Source of the DNA: Pavona decussata
Taxonomy: Eukaryota
DNA: 64,000 bases
Reading direction: 5' to 3'
Assembly: GCA_977016875.1 (NCBI GenBank)
Contig: CDRNST010000230.1
Location: 372,001-436,000 of the forward strand
In this document: piece by piece, positions 13,290 through 25,436 of the stretch
Numbering within the stretch: position 1 is the stretch's first letter
Layout: each line of letters opens with the position of its first letter
Made by a program: the position numbers and the translations under genes
Notes under the pieces: generated by a model
Databases searched by the model: none
What the model saw: only the letters and a program-made list of their open reading frames with translations
Told to the model about the DNA's origin: nothing

Positions 13290-13440
13290 GTTAAAAAGCT
13301 GGTTTGCCACCCCACTAGTTGGCTATCCACAAAGTGTGGCCTTGGATTTGAAGACGGGGCTAGCGTGAAACAAATCGGACCTTGAAACCGGGACCTCCGA
13401 CTGCAAGTCCGGCGCCCTAACCACTTGGCCACACCGCCTC
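13290..13440 (-). mobile_element. tRNA-derived SINE
   Basis: Reverse complement begins GGCGGTGTGGCCAAGTGGTTAGGGCGCCGGACTTGCAG...GGTTTCAAG (A and B boxes), followed by a non-tRNA body. Confidence 0.7.
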
Positions 13441-16400
13441 CTCCAGATGTTGATGATGAATCCGACAAAAATTTCTTGCTACCAAAGTGAAGGCTAAACA
13501 TGCAAAGCTGAAGGAAACCACACAGATGCCTAAATTAACCAGATATAGAAAACGAAAAATGCCGATTAAAAAATAATCTGGAATCGTCTCAGTTTTTCGG
13601 TATAGTCTTTATTACAACTTTCATATCTTATTTTGCTCGGATTTAGGAGCTTTCGAAAATCACTCAAAACCCATGTCTAGTTTACTTATATCTCAAAGTA
13701 TAGTAAAATTTAATATATAATGTGTATTGCGACATACACATTACGTCACATTAGCATAAAATTAGCCTACAGCACTTAAAGCTATGTAACTAGCTATTAA
13801 AAGGAGAAAAGTTCCAATTTAAGTTCAGTGAGTAACATCTTCTTTCTTACCTGCAGATACAAACTTCTTGCAATTAGAATTAAGTAAAAGAATGTTGTCT
13901 AGGAATAAATTACCACTTGCTCTGTTCATTTGCTTTTTGGCTCTTTGTACACTTTCATCAGTTTCGAAAATTGCAATCCAGTAGAAGTGTAAAACATGCC
14001 CTTGAGATACATGGAAACAACCGCCTTTATTTAATATTCATGGTAAACTGAAATTAGATGGAGGTTCCGAAATGACGACAGAAAAGGACGACTGGTTCAT
14101 CCCAATTATCACCCCATGACGAAACAGGAATATTTCATTTCTAGTTCAGCTAATAACGGTTTATTAATTGGTGCACCTTTGCAGTCATGGTCCTTGCAAA
14201 ATTATTTCAAAATGTGCTTTCAAAAAAAACAACCGTTCATCGCTTTTGTTCAATTTTAAAATCGTGTTAGTGAACATTCGCATCCTCTACTAAGTTGGCA
14301 AAGATGCTACAAGAAAACTGCGTGTATATAGTATTTAGATAAAAGAGCATATCGAAAAAAACGAAAGTGAACATTTTACATCACGCCGGAAGGGAAAAGA
14401 AACGTCACTCAATATAAAAATGGTGAGAAATACAACAGTATGAAATAAAAGACAAAAGTGTTTTTGGAAAAAAAATGAAAGTCATACTTCTTTGTTGGAT
14501 TGTTGTCAATTTGTAGAGCCATGCTAATACTTAAAGCTCTCTTTCTATATTTGATACCAATAAGTGCCGTCTCCTAATATTAGGTAACTTAAGGTGACTC
14601 GACCCAGTTATTTTTTGGCGGCACCACCCTACTTTGAAGCTCTCTGCTATCCCCACCTTTACTTTTATCGTAAGTGTAACACATAGAATGGATAACATAT
14701 AGATCAATATACAATATGGCAAAAAATATTGGCGATCGGAGTAAATGTCACGTGGTTATAGTGCCACGCCCCTTTGAGGTCTGAGTCGAAATTCTGCTGT
14801 TGCCGATTGGTCTTCCTTAAAACCTTCTCGAATTCTGATGACAATCGACAATGCCAAAATATGGAAAGAAAAAAATTTCAGCCGAGAAACTTGATCTTGA
14901 CGAGAGATGTTAGAGGGTAGACTCAGTTTTTCAATATAATTTTTTTAAAATTTTAAGTTAGCTTTGGAACCCAAGAACGTCCAAAGTTTCACAAATGGCA
15001 TTTTTTTGGCGCTGTTTTCGCGTGATTTTCTTCATGAAAGTTTTGCAAATCAGGCCAAATGATGAAAGAATTGGTAGCCATTTTCTAGAAAAGTCTGAAA
15101 AACGTCAACAATAGTTACTTAGTATGCAACACCTGATGACCCTAATTTTGAATTTTACGTTGTAAAAAGGTCTTGCTTGACATTAAAAAAAAATTAAACA
15201 CGCGAAAACCTAAATCTTGATGCACATGTATGACAAACGTTGTTGAGAGTGCAGAGTGCAGACACAGCTAACACATCATAAAAGGACATAGGCGATCATT
15301 TTCAGTTTCTATGCATATCATCTTCAAAAGGAAGCCGAATGGGGAAGGTCTTATTGAATTAACCAATTTACTTTTCGTACTGCAGATTCGTGGAGCCACC
15401 GTGTCTATCATTAATTTGTCTCCATCAAGACTGATGATTCTTGCAATCATTGTTTTATGAACCTGCTGATTCCGTAGGAGTTTGATCGTCTTTTCTTTCA
15501 TTATCCTAAGTTTGCATTAATGTCAATTCTCTTTATTAAATTGTCTTCCTCTTTTTGTTTTAAATTGGCGGACACAATTGCCCAGCCAAGCTGACCGTCA
15601 GCCGCTTATTTGCTGTTTAATATCATAATTTCTTAAAAAAGAATCGTTATACTAAAACAGAAGGTTTTTAGTTGCTTTGAAAGAACGAAAATGAAAAGTT
15701 CTCGGTATTAGTTCCTCAAAAGGATATATTTTGCCGCCTCTTTCATTGACTGTAGTGGTGGGCACCCAAGGTGACTCTGAAAAAAGAAAGGTCGTTTTCT
15801 GTTGTCCGAGACCATTGTCGGCCCTGAAAAGATATATTTTTGCATGCTTAATCTGTTCGGTTTCTCAAGCTGAAAATGTTACGGAAGACACTCATTCTCA
15901 CCCACCAAAGTTTTTCAACTTGCAGGTGACTTTCCCAAATCCTACCTGCCCTAATTTGGTTCTCTTAATGACAATTTTCGTCCCTTTAAAAAAACAAATG
16001 GCCCAGACAACTAAGAGGTCCTTTGAAAACAAAAGCATTTAAATTTTCCATGTTCCTAGAGTTTTAGGTGAAAACAATAAATACAGAAAAGAAAAAGAAA
16101 TAAAAACGTGATTTAGGTCTTCATAAAATATTCACCGAAACGAGCCACTGGTTGCCCCACGAAGTTCTTTCCCAAATTTCGAGAGTTTATGAGGCCAGTT
16201 TTGTTCCTTATTTGGAAAACACCGAGTCAAAAATTGCCATAAATGAGACAAGGTCCCTATGTTTAAGTTCCCTGTTTTTAATTTATACTTTAGTTTGCTT
16301 CACCCACAGGAACAGGAAAAAAAGAAAACATACCGAGACAGGGAGACCACAACAGCTTAAACAATTATAGAGGACCCATCACACCTAACCTTCTATCGAC

Positions 16401-17871
16401 TGTTCTGTTAAAAATAGCATCGTTTATTGAATACACTTTTATCATTTACACAACCTCATACAAAGCACCCACAAACGTTAATTTTTAAAGTATGGTATTT
16501 CCGTTAAAGTTTATCTTATACACTATAAGCAATAATATTGTATCGATCCTACCACATCAAAGTGGTTTTTCATCCGTCATGTTAATATAAAAAAATGTTC
16601 TTATTCATTGATCTCTTCATCTTGTTCGCATTTTCCGCAAATGAGTGCTCAGCTGATATTAAAATTAAACGATTTGACAAAGGTATCACCGACCAATTTT
16701 ATTCAGTAATAAATTGGAAAACGCGAACGCCAGAGACAACTGACTACCCGACGGTCAGCTAATCATCTGTTTTTTAACTTTCGGTGTATTATACGGAAAT
16801 ATCCTTCTTTTACTGTGAAACAGAAGTATTGAATGTCTCTTAAGAAGAGAAAAACAAAAACCTGATAGAATTCACTCATTTAAAAAATATTCCATTCTCC
16901 CTGTTTTTTTTTTTTTTGTTTTTTTTTGTTTTTTTAAGAAATACCGCGCCTGATTTCTCTAATTTTGTAATTCACGTTGTAATACGGTCTTGCTTAATAT
17001 GTTAAAAAATAAATAAATAAACTCCCAAAAACAAGATCTAGAAGAAAATCTTGATGGCAAACGTTGTTGAGATTACAGAGAACAGATACAGGATACAGCT
17101 AGCACAACGTTAAAAAAGGCTAAGAGTTAGTGCTGAAATAAAATTTTCTCACTAAACCCTGAGGAATTATGCGAAAAGAACAAAGGGTGCGTTTGACGAT
17201 AAATTTTCTGATCCAAAAATGAAAACGAGTTGTGGAGAGATATTTCTGAAACGGTGGTTGAAGGTTGGTGAGGGTCCCGGTGAAGTACACTGGACATGGG
17301 GCCAATCCCCCCATCTCGTAAAAATTTGTTGATTACGGAAACCGAAAATTCTTCAAACAAGCAATTTTAATTTCCGGCCCTTTTTTCCCCCTTGGGGTCA
17401 ACGAAATAAGTCAAGCATTTCTGAAACGTTTGGATTAAAAGAAACAGAAAAAAGAAGCTAAGAAAGAAACAATGCTATTTAGATTGTAAATAGTCTGACG
17501 GCCGCGACGAGAAACTATATACGGCACGGCATACGAAAAAGGGCCCGAGCGTGATCGTTGCCACGCACAGTTTCTCTATCTTAGTAAATCGAAACCTTTT
17601 CCGTTCCTGAATACAGTGTATGCCGAGAAGAGTTGACAGTCCACTATTTCAATTTTGTGAGAGGTTGATTCCAGTTTTCTCTTAGAAAGAGATGTTTGTG
17701 GTTGTAGAGTTTATTTCGTTTTTTTGCAAACATTTTACCGCTTCGTGTTGGGATTTTTCGCCTCGCATGATTGTCGAAATAAATACGCCAAGCCCTTTTA
17801 TGGGAAGCAAAACACCAGAAAATGCATGTAATTCAGAACACCATGAAATTTTATACGGTCTTCTATTGAGG

Positions 17872-18347
17872 TACGGTGGCCCACAACTGTCACATCAAAA
17901 ACAAATTCCCCACATCAAAATCAAATTTACCACATCAAACACAAATTCGCCGCAACAAAAGCAAAATCGTCACATCAAAAACAAATTCCCCACATCGAAG
18001 TCAAACTTACCACATCAAACACAAATTCGCCACAACAAAAGCAAAATCGTCACTACAAAAGCAAATTCACCACATCAAAAACGAACTTGTCACATCAAAA
18101 ACAAATTTTTCACAGCAAAAACAAATTCCTCACATCAAAATCAAAAACACCGATTAAACGGTCAGCGGTCAATGAACGAAAGCTATCTCCAGTTTTCACT
18201 CGGCCTTCACCCGACCGCCATTTTGTTCTTGCACATGGTACTGTTGTCTTGCTCAGGATGTATTGCAGCAATTGCGGGAGAGGTGTAGAGAACTGCAACT
18301 TTTGTGCCAATTGCGGAAAAGGTAAGTCATTGTGGTAAGCCAGTGGC
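17872..18347 (+). repeat. Left terminal inverted repeat (includes 13 x 20-bp subterminal repeats and coding exon 1)
   Basis: Colinear reverse complement of 25347-25822 with about 5 substitutions seen and no indels. Confidence 0.95.
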
Positions 18348-20339
18348 GAATGAACAGTTCAGCTAGGTGTACGAAAGTCACGAAAGGTTGACTTTATAAC
18401 TCAAATCAGAGGGCGTGGGTTAAGAGGGAGAGAATCTCACGCCTTTGAGCATGGGTCATCACACCCGGCTCGTAAGATTTCTGCACAGCCCCACACATTT
18501 ATTATGCATACATATTTGGACTCTATTCATATTAACTATATCCATAAAGTGGTATGAGATTGCTTCATGACACATAGGCTGTGCTGGCTGTGCGGAAATC
18601 TTACCCCATTTTTAGCTATTTAACAGCCTTAACACCCCCTAGTTATAAACGAAAAAAGCGATCCCCTTGTTTTAAAGGAAAAAAGTGATTGAAGAAGAAG
18701 AAGAATTTATGATAATAATGATTTGTGGCCTGAAGGTCACTAAAGTGGAAAATTTCAGTAATATTAATAGCATTGTTGAAAGTCAGAATATGTTCCACAT
18801 ATTGAATACAAAGCCTTACAGAAAAAAAATTATGTAATTCATAAGGAAAAATGGCAAACTACTTCCAGTCATCCATACCTTTTAACATGCTGTAAGTCTT
18901 AGTATCTCCCTTCAATGCATAGATAAGCACTTTTTGTCATAAAATAAAATAAGTCTGTTTTATGAGTTATTTGCATCAAAGAGTGTACATGAATGTATCT
19001 TTCTAGTGTTAGTATTTCTTCCTCTCTTTTTTTAGTTGAGATTGATTCACTGTATGATAAATCAAGAACAGTTTGTAATCTTAATTATATTTCTGATAAG
19101 TTGTTAAAATCATGACTTTCAGAAGTTTACCCATCATCAGACAGCTCAGAAAGTGACTGTGAAGGGGATGGAAGCTTTGAAGAAGAAGAAGAAGAAATTC
19201 TGAAGTACTACTTCCACCGTGGGTTTAGCTACCAAGAAATCCTCCATTTCCTTAGTGATCGTCATCAGTGCCAAATAAGTTATAGTACTCTTTTAAGAAA
19301 GTTAAAGAAATATCGTTTGTTTAGGCGTGGTGTTACAAAACAAGAATCATTCAGTGATACCTTTTTGAAGGTACAGAGGCGTATGAGTGAACTTATTGAT
19401 GGTCCTTGCTCAGCACATGGGTATCGTGCAATGTGGCACACCCTCGAAATGGAGGGACTCCGCATTCCTAGAGTAATTGTTCAGGACCTTTTAAAGGAGA
19501 TGGATCCGGAAGGGTCTGAATTGAGAAGAAAGCATCGCTTAAAGAGAAGAGAGTATCAGAATCCTGGGCCAAACTACTCATGGCATATTGATGGCTATGA
19601 CAAACTTAAGTGTTGGGGTTTTCCTATCAATGGTGCAATTGATGGTTTTAGCCGTAAGATTTTGTGGCTGGAAATTACTCGTTCCAATAACTCACCAAAC
19701 AAAATAGCCACTTTTTATGCAAGAACAGTTTCAGAATTGGGGGGTTGTCCAGTAGAACTGATTACAGATTTGGGGACTGAAAATGGACTCGCAGCAGCAA
19801 TGCAATCTTTCTTCCGTGATAATCCTGAAGCACATCGATACGTCTCTTCCCCAAGGAATCAAAGAATTGAGGGCTGGTGGTCGTATTATTCAAAGAATTG
19901 TTGTGGATGGTGGAGGAATTTTTTTAGTGACTTAGAGTTTCAGGGTATTGTGGACACTACATCTGATTTAAGTATGGAATGCCTGTGGTATTGTTTTAAC
20001 AATGTACTGCAAAAAGAGCTTGATTCTGTGAAAGAGCACTGGAACACACATAGAATTCGAAAATCAAGAAATAACACTGTATCTGGACGTCCAGATTCTC
20101 TTTTTTTCTTACCTGACCTTCATGGTGCAAGGGATTGCCTATTTGAAGTACCTGCTGCCCAAGTTGAATTTGGTGCACAGCATATAACTGAACATTTGGA
20201 TAGCCCTGACAATGATCACCAGGAATACTTAGAGTATGCCAGAAGTAGTCTTTCAATGCCTTTGCCAGGCAAATGGGAAGAAGCACTTGAAATGTACCAA
20301 AAATTAATGCATGTTGCCCTTCATGGATATTCTTTATAG
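18258..20339 (+). CDS. DDE transposase (zinc ribbon + HTH + integrase core), exons 18258-18321 and 19123-20339, 426 aa
   Basis: Exon 1 MYCSNCGRGVENCNFCANCGK, G|GTAAGT donor; acceptor ctttcAG at 19121-19122 keeps the frame of ORF 19317-20339. HTH-like ILKYYFHRGFSYQEILHFL..ISYSTLLRKLKK. Catalytic WHIDGYDK / ITDLGTEN / NQRIE (33 residues between second D and E). Confidence 0.85.
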
Positions 20340-20959
20340 TTTTGTCTATGTTCATCAAGAAAACCGGCCAAGAACTTGTGCACGTAAAACATCAACCTGC
20401 TGTCAATCTCAGGGCTGTAATGGCTCTGAACAAAACACCCTCTTGAGCTGTAGGCTTTTAAAGTAATTGATTTCAATAAGAGCGGTATTCAGTGAATGTT
20501 GAAAGTAATATTCTGTAATTCCTTTGTTGTTGCATTACCATGCCCTGTGATTGGCTAAAAAAATCTTGTGCTACTTTCTCAACCAATCAAACTAAAACCA
20601 CATGTGTTTGCTTGGAGCTCTAGTTGATTGATTAGATTGTTTGCCTTTGTTTTGATTCCCAAGTTGTTGCCCTTAGTAATTAGTTTGGATTAGGTTCTAC
20701 AATGCACTTATTGAAAACCGCTCTAGCTTGTCATCCTGCTACTGCTGATCAGTTTGGCAGTTGGAAATTATTATCGAAAGGACCAGATCAGATACATGTA
20801 ATTGTGATGAGTTGTTTAAATTAATTGAATAAAAGATCAGCAGACATCCAATATTTTGCTACAAAGCCTACAGTTTGTGGCTCGAAGTTTACAAACATAT
20901 TAAACATTTTTTGATGTATTTCCAAAGTAGTCTCTTTTTTCCCCCATATCTTGGTGTAG

Positions 20960-21710
20960 GAGAAAGATATAGGGCGTGTTTCTGGATCCTTGCCTAAATT
21001 GGGACAAACACATTGATCATATCGGAAATAAAATCTCGTCCCGCCTTGGAATGCTTCGTACAGCCCGGAAAGTCATCCCAAAAGAAGCTTGCATTACTCT
21101 GTTTAATGCTATGGTTCTACCGTTATTCGATTACTGTTGCGTTGTGTGGGATGGTTGCGGTGAGGGAAACAAGATCTACCTTGACCGTCTTCTCAAGCGA
21201 GCTGCGGGAATAATTGCGGGTCGCAAGGCTACTGATACCGATATACAGCAAACCTTGAAGTGGCCATCCCTTCAATGCCGCAGAGAATACCAAAAGTGCA
21301 CACAGGTCTATAAGTGTACCAATGGCTTTGCCCCAGCTTATCTGCTAGATGACTTCCACTCCTCGGCGCAGATCCATAACTACAACACTAGGAACAAAGA
21401 CCTTATTCGCCTGCCTCTTGCCAAGACTACTAAATTTCAAACATCTTTTAGTACAATGCCGCCAAATCCTGGAACACTCTTCCTCGTAACTTACATCATG
21501 ATCTGTCTCTCACTAGTTTTAAACTGAGAGTCAAGAAACATCTAAATCACCTTAGTTAATTTCTCACCTTCATGAACTCTTTGAATGACTTTTGCTTTCA
21601 TTTCTATATTTGATTATTTATTCTTATTATTTTATACAGATCTCCATTTAAACCAGCTACCCTGAATTGGAATTTCTGTTTAAATAATGTTTATAAATAA
21701 ATAAATAAAT
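20960..21710 (+). mobile_element. 5'-truncated CR1/L2-type LINE inserted inside the DNA transposon
   Basis: ORF 20976-21527 (FLDPCLNWDKHID..LPLFDYCCVVW..HNYNTR) is an RT C-terminus; ends in an (AAAT)n tail at ~21694-21710. Confidence 0.85.
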
Positions 21711-22334
21711 AGAGTCAATACAGTTTGTTACATGTACAGTAGTATGTACATACCAGACTCTGAACAGGTATTCACTTGAAGACTTAGCATTACTTTTTCA
21801 GTTTAAGTGATTAATGCACTACTGGAGCAATAAACTTTTAAGTAACCACTTACACTCCTTGAGCGCATAAATAAACCAATTCATAAACTGCTCGGCATGA
21901 AAATTCACCAACTGAAGGGGGAGGGTGAAAATCTGCTAGTATCCCGATTTGTGATATGATATTAACACTCCCCTTTAGCCTTGGCCACACATATACCATA
22001 TCACCCAACACTGTAGTACATAACTTTGTCTGATGATGTCATAAGATGAAGCTTCTTGATCCACCAAAAAAAGTTTTTTAAGCATATGAAAGTGTTAAAC
22101 ATTGTTGCACAGGCTACCAAACAAACTAAATTGTCTGGACCTGAGTCCCAATTTTATTTAAGGCAATGCAGCTTTACCTGATGTCTTTCAACAGGATAAC
22201 CAACAACAGCAACAACAACAAAACTTCATTTCAAGTGTCAATCCAACCTTAAAACCACTCTACTGAAGATTATGGGCCTGCAAGCAAAAATTACCTGCAA
22301 AAATTTAAATGTTAAGAATGGAAATGTCTACTCT

Positions 22335-22665
22335 GCGACCATAACCTTAACTAACCCAAAATCAATTATCATTACACCTTCAATGGCATTTATGACCACT
22401 ATTTTATGAAACACACACAAAAAGGTGTGTACCAATGAACTTAGCTAGAAACTAACACAGCTGAAGGTCTCCATAACCTTAACTAACACAGCTGAAGGTC
22501 TGCATGACCTTAACTAACACAGTTGAAGGTCTCCATGACCTTAACTAACACAAACATAATTATCATTGCACCTTCAAAGGCAATTATGAGCACTATTGTA
22601 TGAAACACACACAAATAGGTGTGTACCAATGGACTTAGCTAGAAACTAAGAATTGCTAAAGGTCT
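22335..22665. repeat. Compound tandem duplication (two ~130-bp copies separated by ~31-bp units) just downstream of the HECT stop codon
   Basis: CCATAACCTTAACTAAC units recur; TATGAAACACACACAAA..GGTGTGTACCAATG..CTTAGCTAGAAACTAA is present twice. Confidence 0.8.
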
Positions 22666-25436
22666 CTATGGCCTCGAAAATGATTGGCCCTTGCAGTAGG
22701 CTAGAAGGAAAGTTTGGCGAAATTGTTCTGTGTCACCCATGTGAGACACTGGTAGAGTTAGCTCCCTTCCACATGCTGCAACACACGGGAAGCAAATACT
22801 GTGCTTGGGGTTACGATCAAAACAATCATGGTCAAAGTTAACATTAATTGTGAGGGGATCACCGTTGAGGGGTCGGTGTCTTTGGCCAGTTAGCCAGCCC
22901 AAGACACCGGCAACAGAGATATCTGCCGTTTGAAATTCTTCTGCTTGTTGTCTGTCATTTCCCCTGTCTCCGCTGTCTTCATAATTCCAAGTAAGAGCCT
23001 CAGAATATCCACTGATCTTCTTTTCATCTTCCAAAGATATCAAAAAGTCCTGGAAGCTATCCATCACAGACTCCTCAACTTCCCGTCTGGTTGATCCCTC
23101 CACAGCATAGCGTGGTTTCATAAGGGAAAACACATAGTTTGCATCAACATCCTTTGCTTGCCCCATGACAAAAAGTGGCTTGCATATTTCCGGCTTTTGC
23201 TTTATCACATCAGCAAGCCCATAGAGCTCCAGCCCTCTCATGAATTCAGATAAATACAGTTGTCGTCTGGTGACAAGACTAATCAGAATGGATCCTGTGA
23301 TGTCACTGATGTGCTCTTGGTCAATAACACCAGTGTAACCATGCTCTACAATTGTGTCACGATGGTTATCCAAGTCATTTTGGATATTTTCGAGGATCAT
23401 CTTCTCCTGTGGCGTAATGTGCTCTAAATTCAAACTCTTGAAGTCAGTCTCTGGGTTGACCATACTGTCATAAACACATCCTTGTAAAACACAAGGTGAT
23501 GGACCCCCTTTAGCAAGGCTTACAGCAGCAATTTCTCCACAAGACTGGAAGTATCCGTTCTGTACATTGTAGGTTGAATCCACAGGACTACCACCAGGAA
23601 ACATAACATTTCCCATGTCTGCTACAGCTTTTGCAAGGAACTCTTTAGCCATGGCGCCACTGTCTATCCCATCTTCACCTGTGAAATGGACTCTTAAAAC
23701 TTTGTTTGGCCTGGTTCTCAGTGATTCATGTCGCCAGAGATTTAGGCATCTTGTGAAATGGGAAGCCCTTCGCACCACAATGAAGAATTGACCTGTGTCA
23801 TCAACTCTTTGGCTAATTTCTCTAACAACACCGACATGGTCAGTAATTGCTACTTGAGTATGTTGTCCAGCACTCTTCTCTTGTTCTAACAGGCTGGAAT
23901 TCTCATCGTGTGATAGTACTTGTAGATTGTCACTGTTTTCAGTAACTATTGCTACTTCCACTACTTGGTTCAGCTCGTTATCTAATTCTCTTGCAATCTG
24001 CTCATCCAGTTTCATTTGTTCCTCAGGTATAGTTACTGTAACAACTGGGTCACTCTCAAGCTTGGAACATTTTGGGAAACGGGACATGCTGTCATCGTCA
24101 CTGTCATCAGCACCCATGAGAGTGTTGTCGTAGTCTTCATTTGTGCACAGATATAAATAGATTCTATTATAGTCTTTCCCCACTTCCTCCTGGTATCGCT
24201 TTAAGGTAAACAGTTCACTAGTCCCAGGTAGAAAAAGAACCTTCTGCCCATCTTCATAAAGAAGGAGATAGGTTTGGTTCTCGTCATAGAAGTTACTATA
24301 ATAAGCCTTCCATTTCTCTTCTGCTTTTTGGCGAATCAGTGAAGATTTTGCAGCATTTGAAATCCGCAAGGCTACCTTCTTTCCTCTTTTCGCTTTGAGA
24401 ACACTTTCTTTTTCATTCCACTCAAGCAAACCAATATATATAAGCACTTCCTGATCTACTGTTGAGGTCTTACTACTTTTTGCCTTCCCACCTTTGACTT
24501 TAGAAAACCATTGCTTGCCTTTAGCTGCCTTATACTCTGTGAAGGTCTTGATAGATTTGCTGGACTTAACAGAACTTGCTTCCTGTGCACTAGTGATGGT
24601 GCTTGGCCCTGGATTCTCCTGGTTAACTCCTACACAAATTGAAAATTGAATTGTGAAGATTGAATCCTTGTTTTATCAATTAAAATAAAGTCTAGGAAGG
24701 AGAGCATGCAAAGTTATCTTGTGGATTAACAGAATCCAAAAAGTGTTACTTTGTTTCAGCAACATTTATAACCGAAAAAGAAAAACACCTCCTGTTTCAG
24801 GGCTGTCACTAAGATTTCAAGCTGCCGGATATATTCAGTAAGTAGGTGGGGAATCAAACAGATATGAAGTTCCTTTGGTCCTATTTTCCTTTTGTTTCCT
24901 ATAAAAGTAGCTGGGTGCCATGCTCTTAACAGCCAAGGGGAATCCCCGGCCTCCCAGCCCCTTAAGTGACAGTACTGCTATGTGAAAGGAAAACAACACC
25001 CGGTACATTTTGCAATCCAGGATCTTCTCGACCAAGACATTAGCTTTTCAACTACACTATCTAAAGAAAGGAAAAATGCCGTAGCCAAAACAATACAAAT
25101 GAAATGCTAACTATTTCAAAAGTAGTGCTTTGATCTAATTAGTCAAGATCAATGATCAAACAATTTTGCTAGGACTCGCAACACTATTCCTTAGCTTTGC
25201 CTTCGGGCTCCAAAGGCTACCGGGACTCCCCCTGTCTCCTGAAGCCCGTTTTTGACACGTGTATTTCGCTGCTACAAAATAGAGAGGTCAAACTATAAGC
25301 TCGGTCCCTTCGACCAACCACTTAGCTGTCTTTGACTTTCTCGACTGCCACTTGCTTACCACAATGACTTACCTTTTCCGCAGTTGGCACAAAAGTTGCA
25401 GTTCTCTACACTTCTCCCGCAATTGCTGCAATACAT
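22666..25436 (-). CDS. HECT-type (G2E3-like) E3 ubiquitin ligase with N-terminal zinc ribbon, exons 25436-25373 and 24629-22666, 675 aa
   Basis: Exon 1 MYCSNCGRSVENCNFCANCGK, G|GTAAGT; acceptor tttgtgtAG at 24631-24630 is in frame with ORF 22666-24447. HECT motifs LRVHFTGEDGIDSGAMAKEF, FMRGLELYGL, VLGWLTG, FPCVAACGRELTLP (catalytic Cys codon 22771-22773) and Phe at -4 (FSRP*). Confidence 0.85.

Noticed and set aside
13375-13440. Functional tRNA gene
   Set aside because: Has A and B boxes but no proper acceptor stem, and it continues into a SINE body; the same holds for the A-box at ~38162.
13845-13930. Possible minus-strand exon ending at a CAG|GTAAG donor
   Set aside because: No recognisable protein similarity or partner exons.
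17891-18150. Regular 20-bp repeats as a CRISPR array
   Set aside because: Units are contiguous with no unique spacers, there are no cas genes, the context is eukaryotic, and they are mirrored in the opposite TIR.
17692-18288. Long ORFs through the TIR repeats (17692-18288, 17876-18157, 25356-25905)
   Set aside because: Low-complexity translations of the 20-bp array; only the ATG-CxxC exon has splice and protein-motif support.
19317-20339. Bacterial IS3/IS481 contamination or a retroviral integrase
   Set aside because: Spliceosomal intron, HECT partner gene, nested LINE and long TIRs indicate a eukaryotic DNA transposon; no RT or LTRs are associated.
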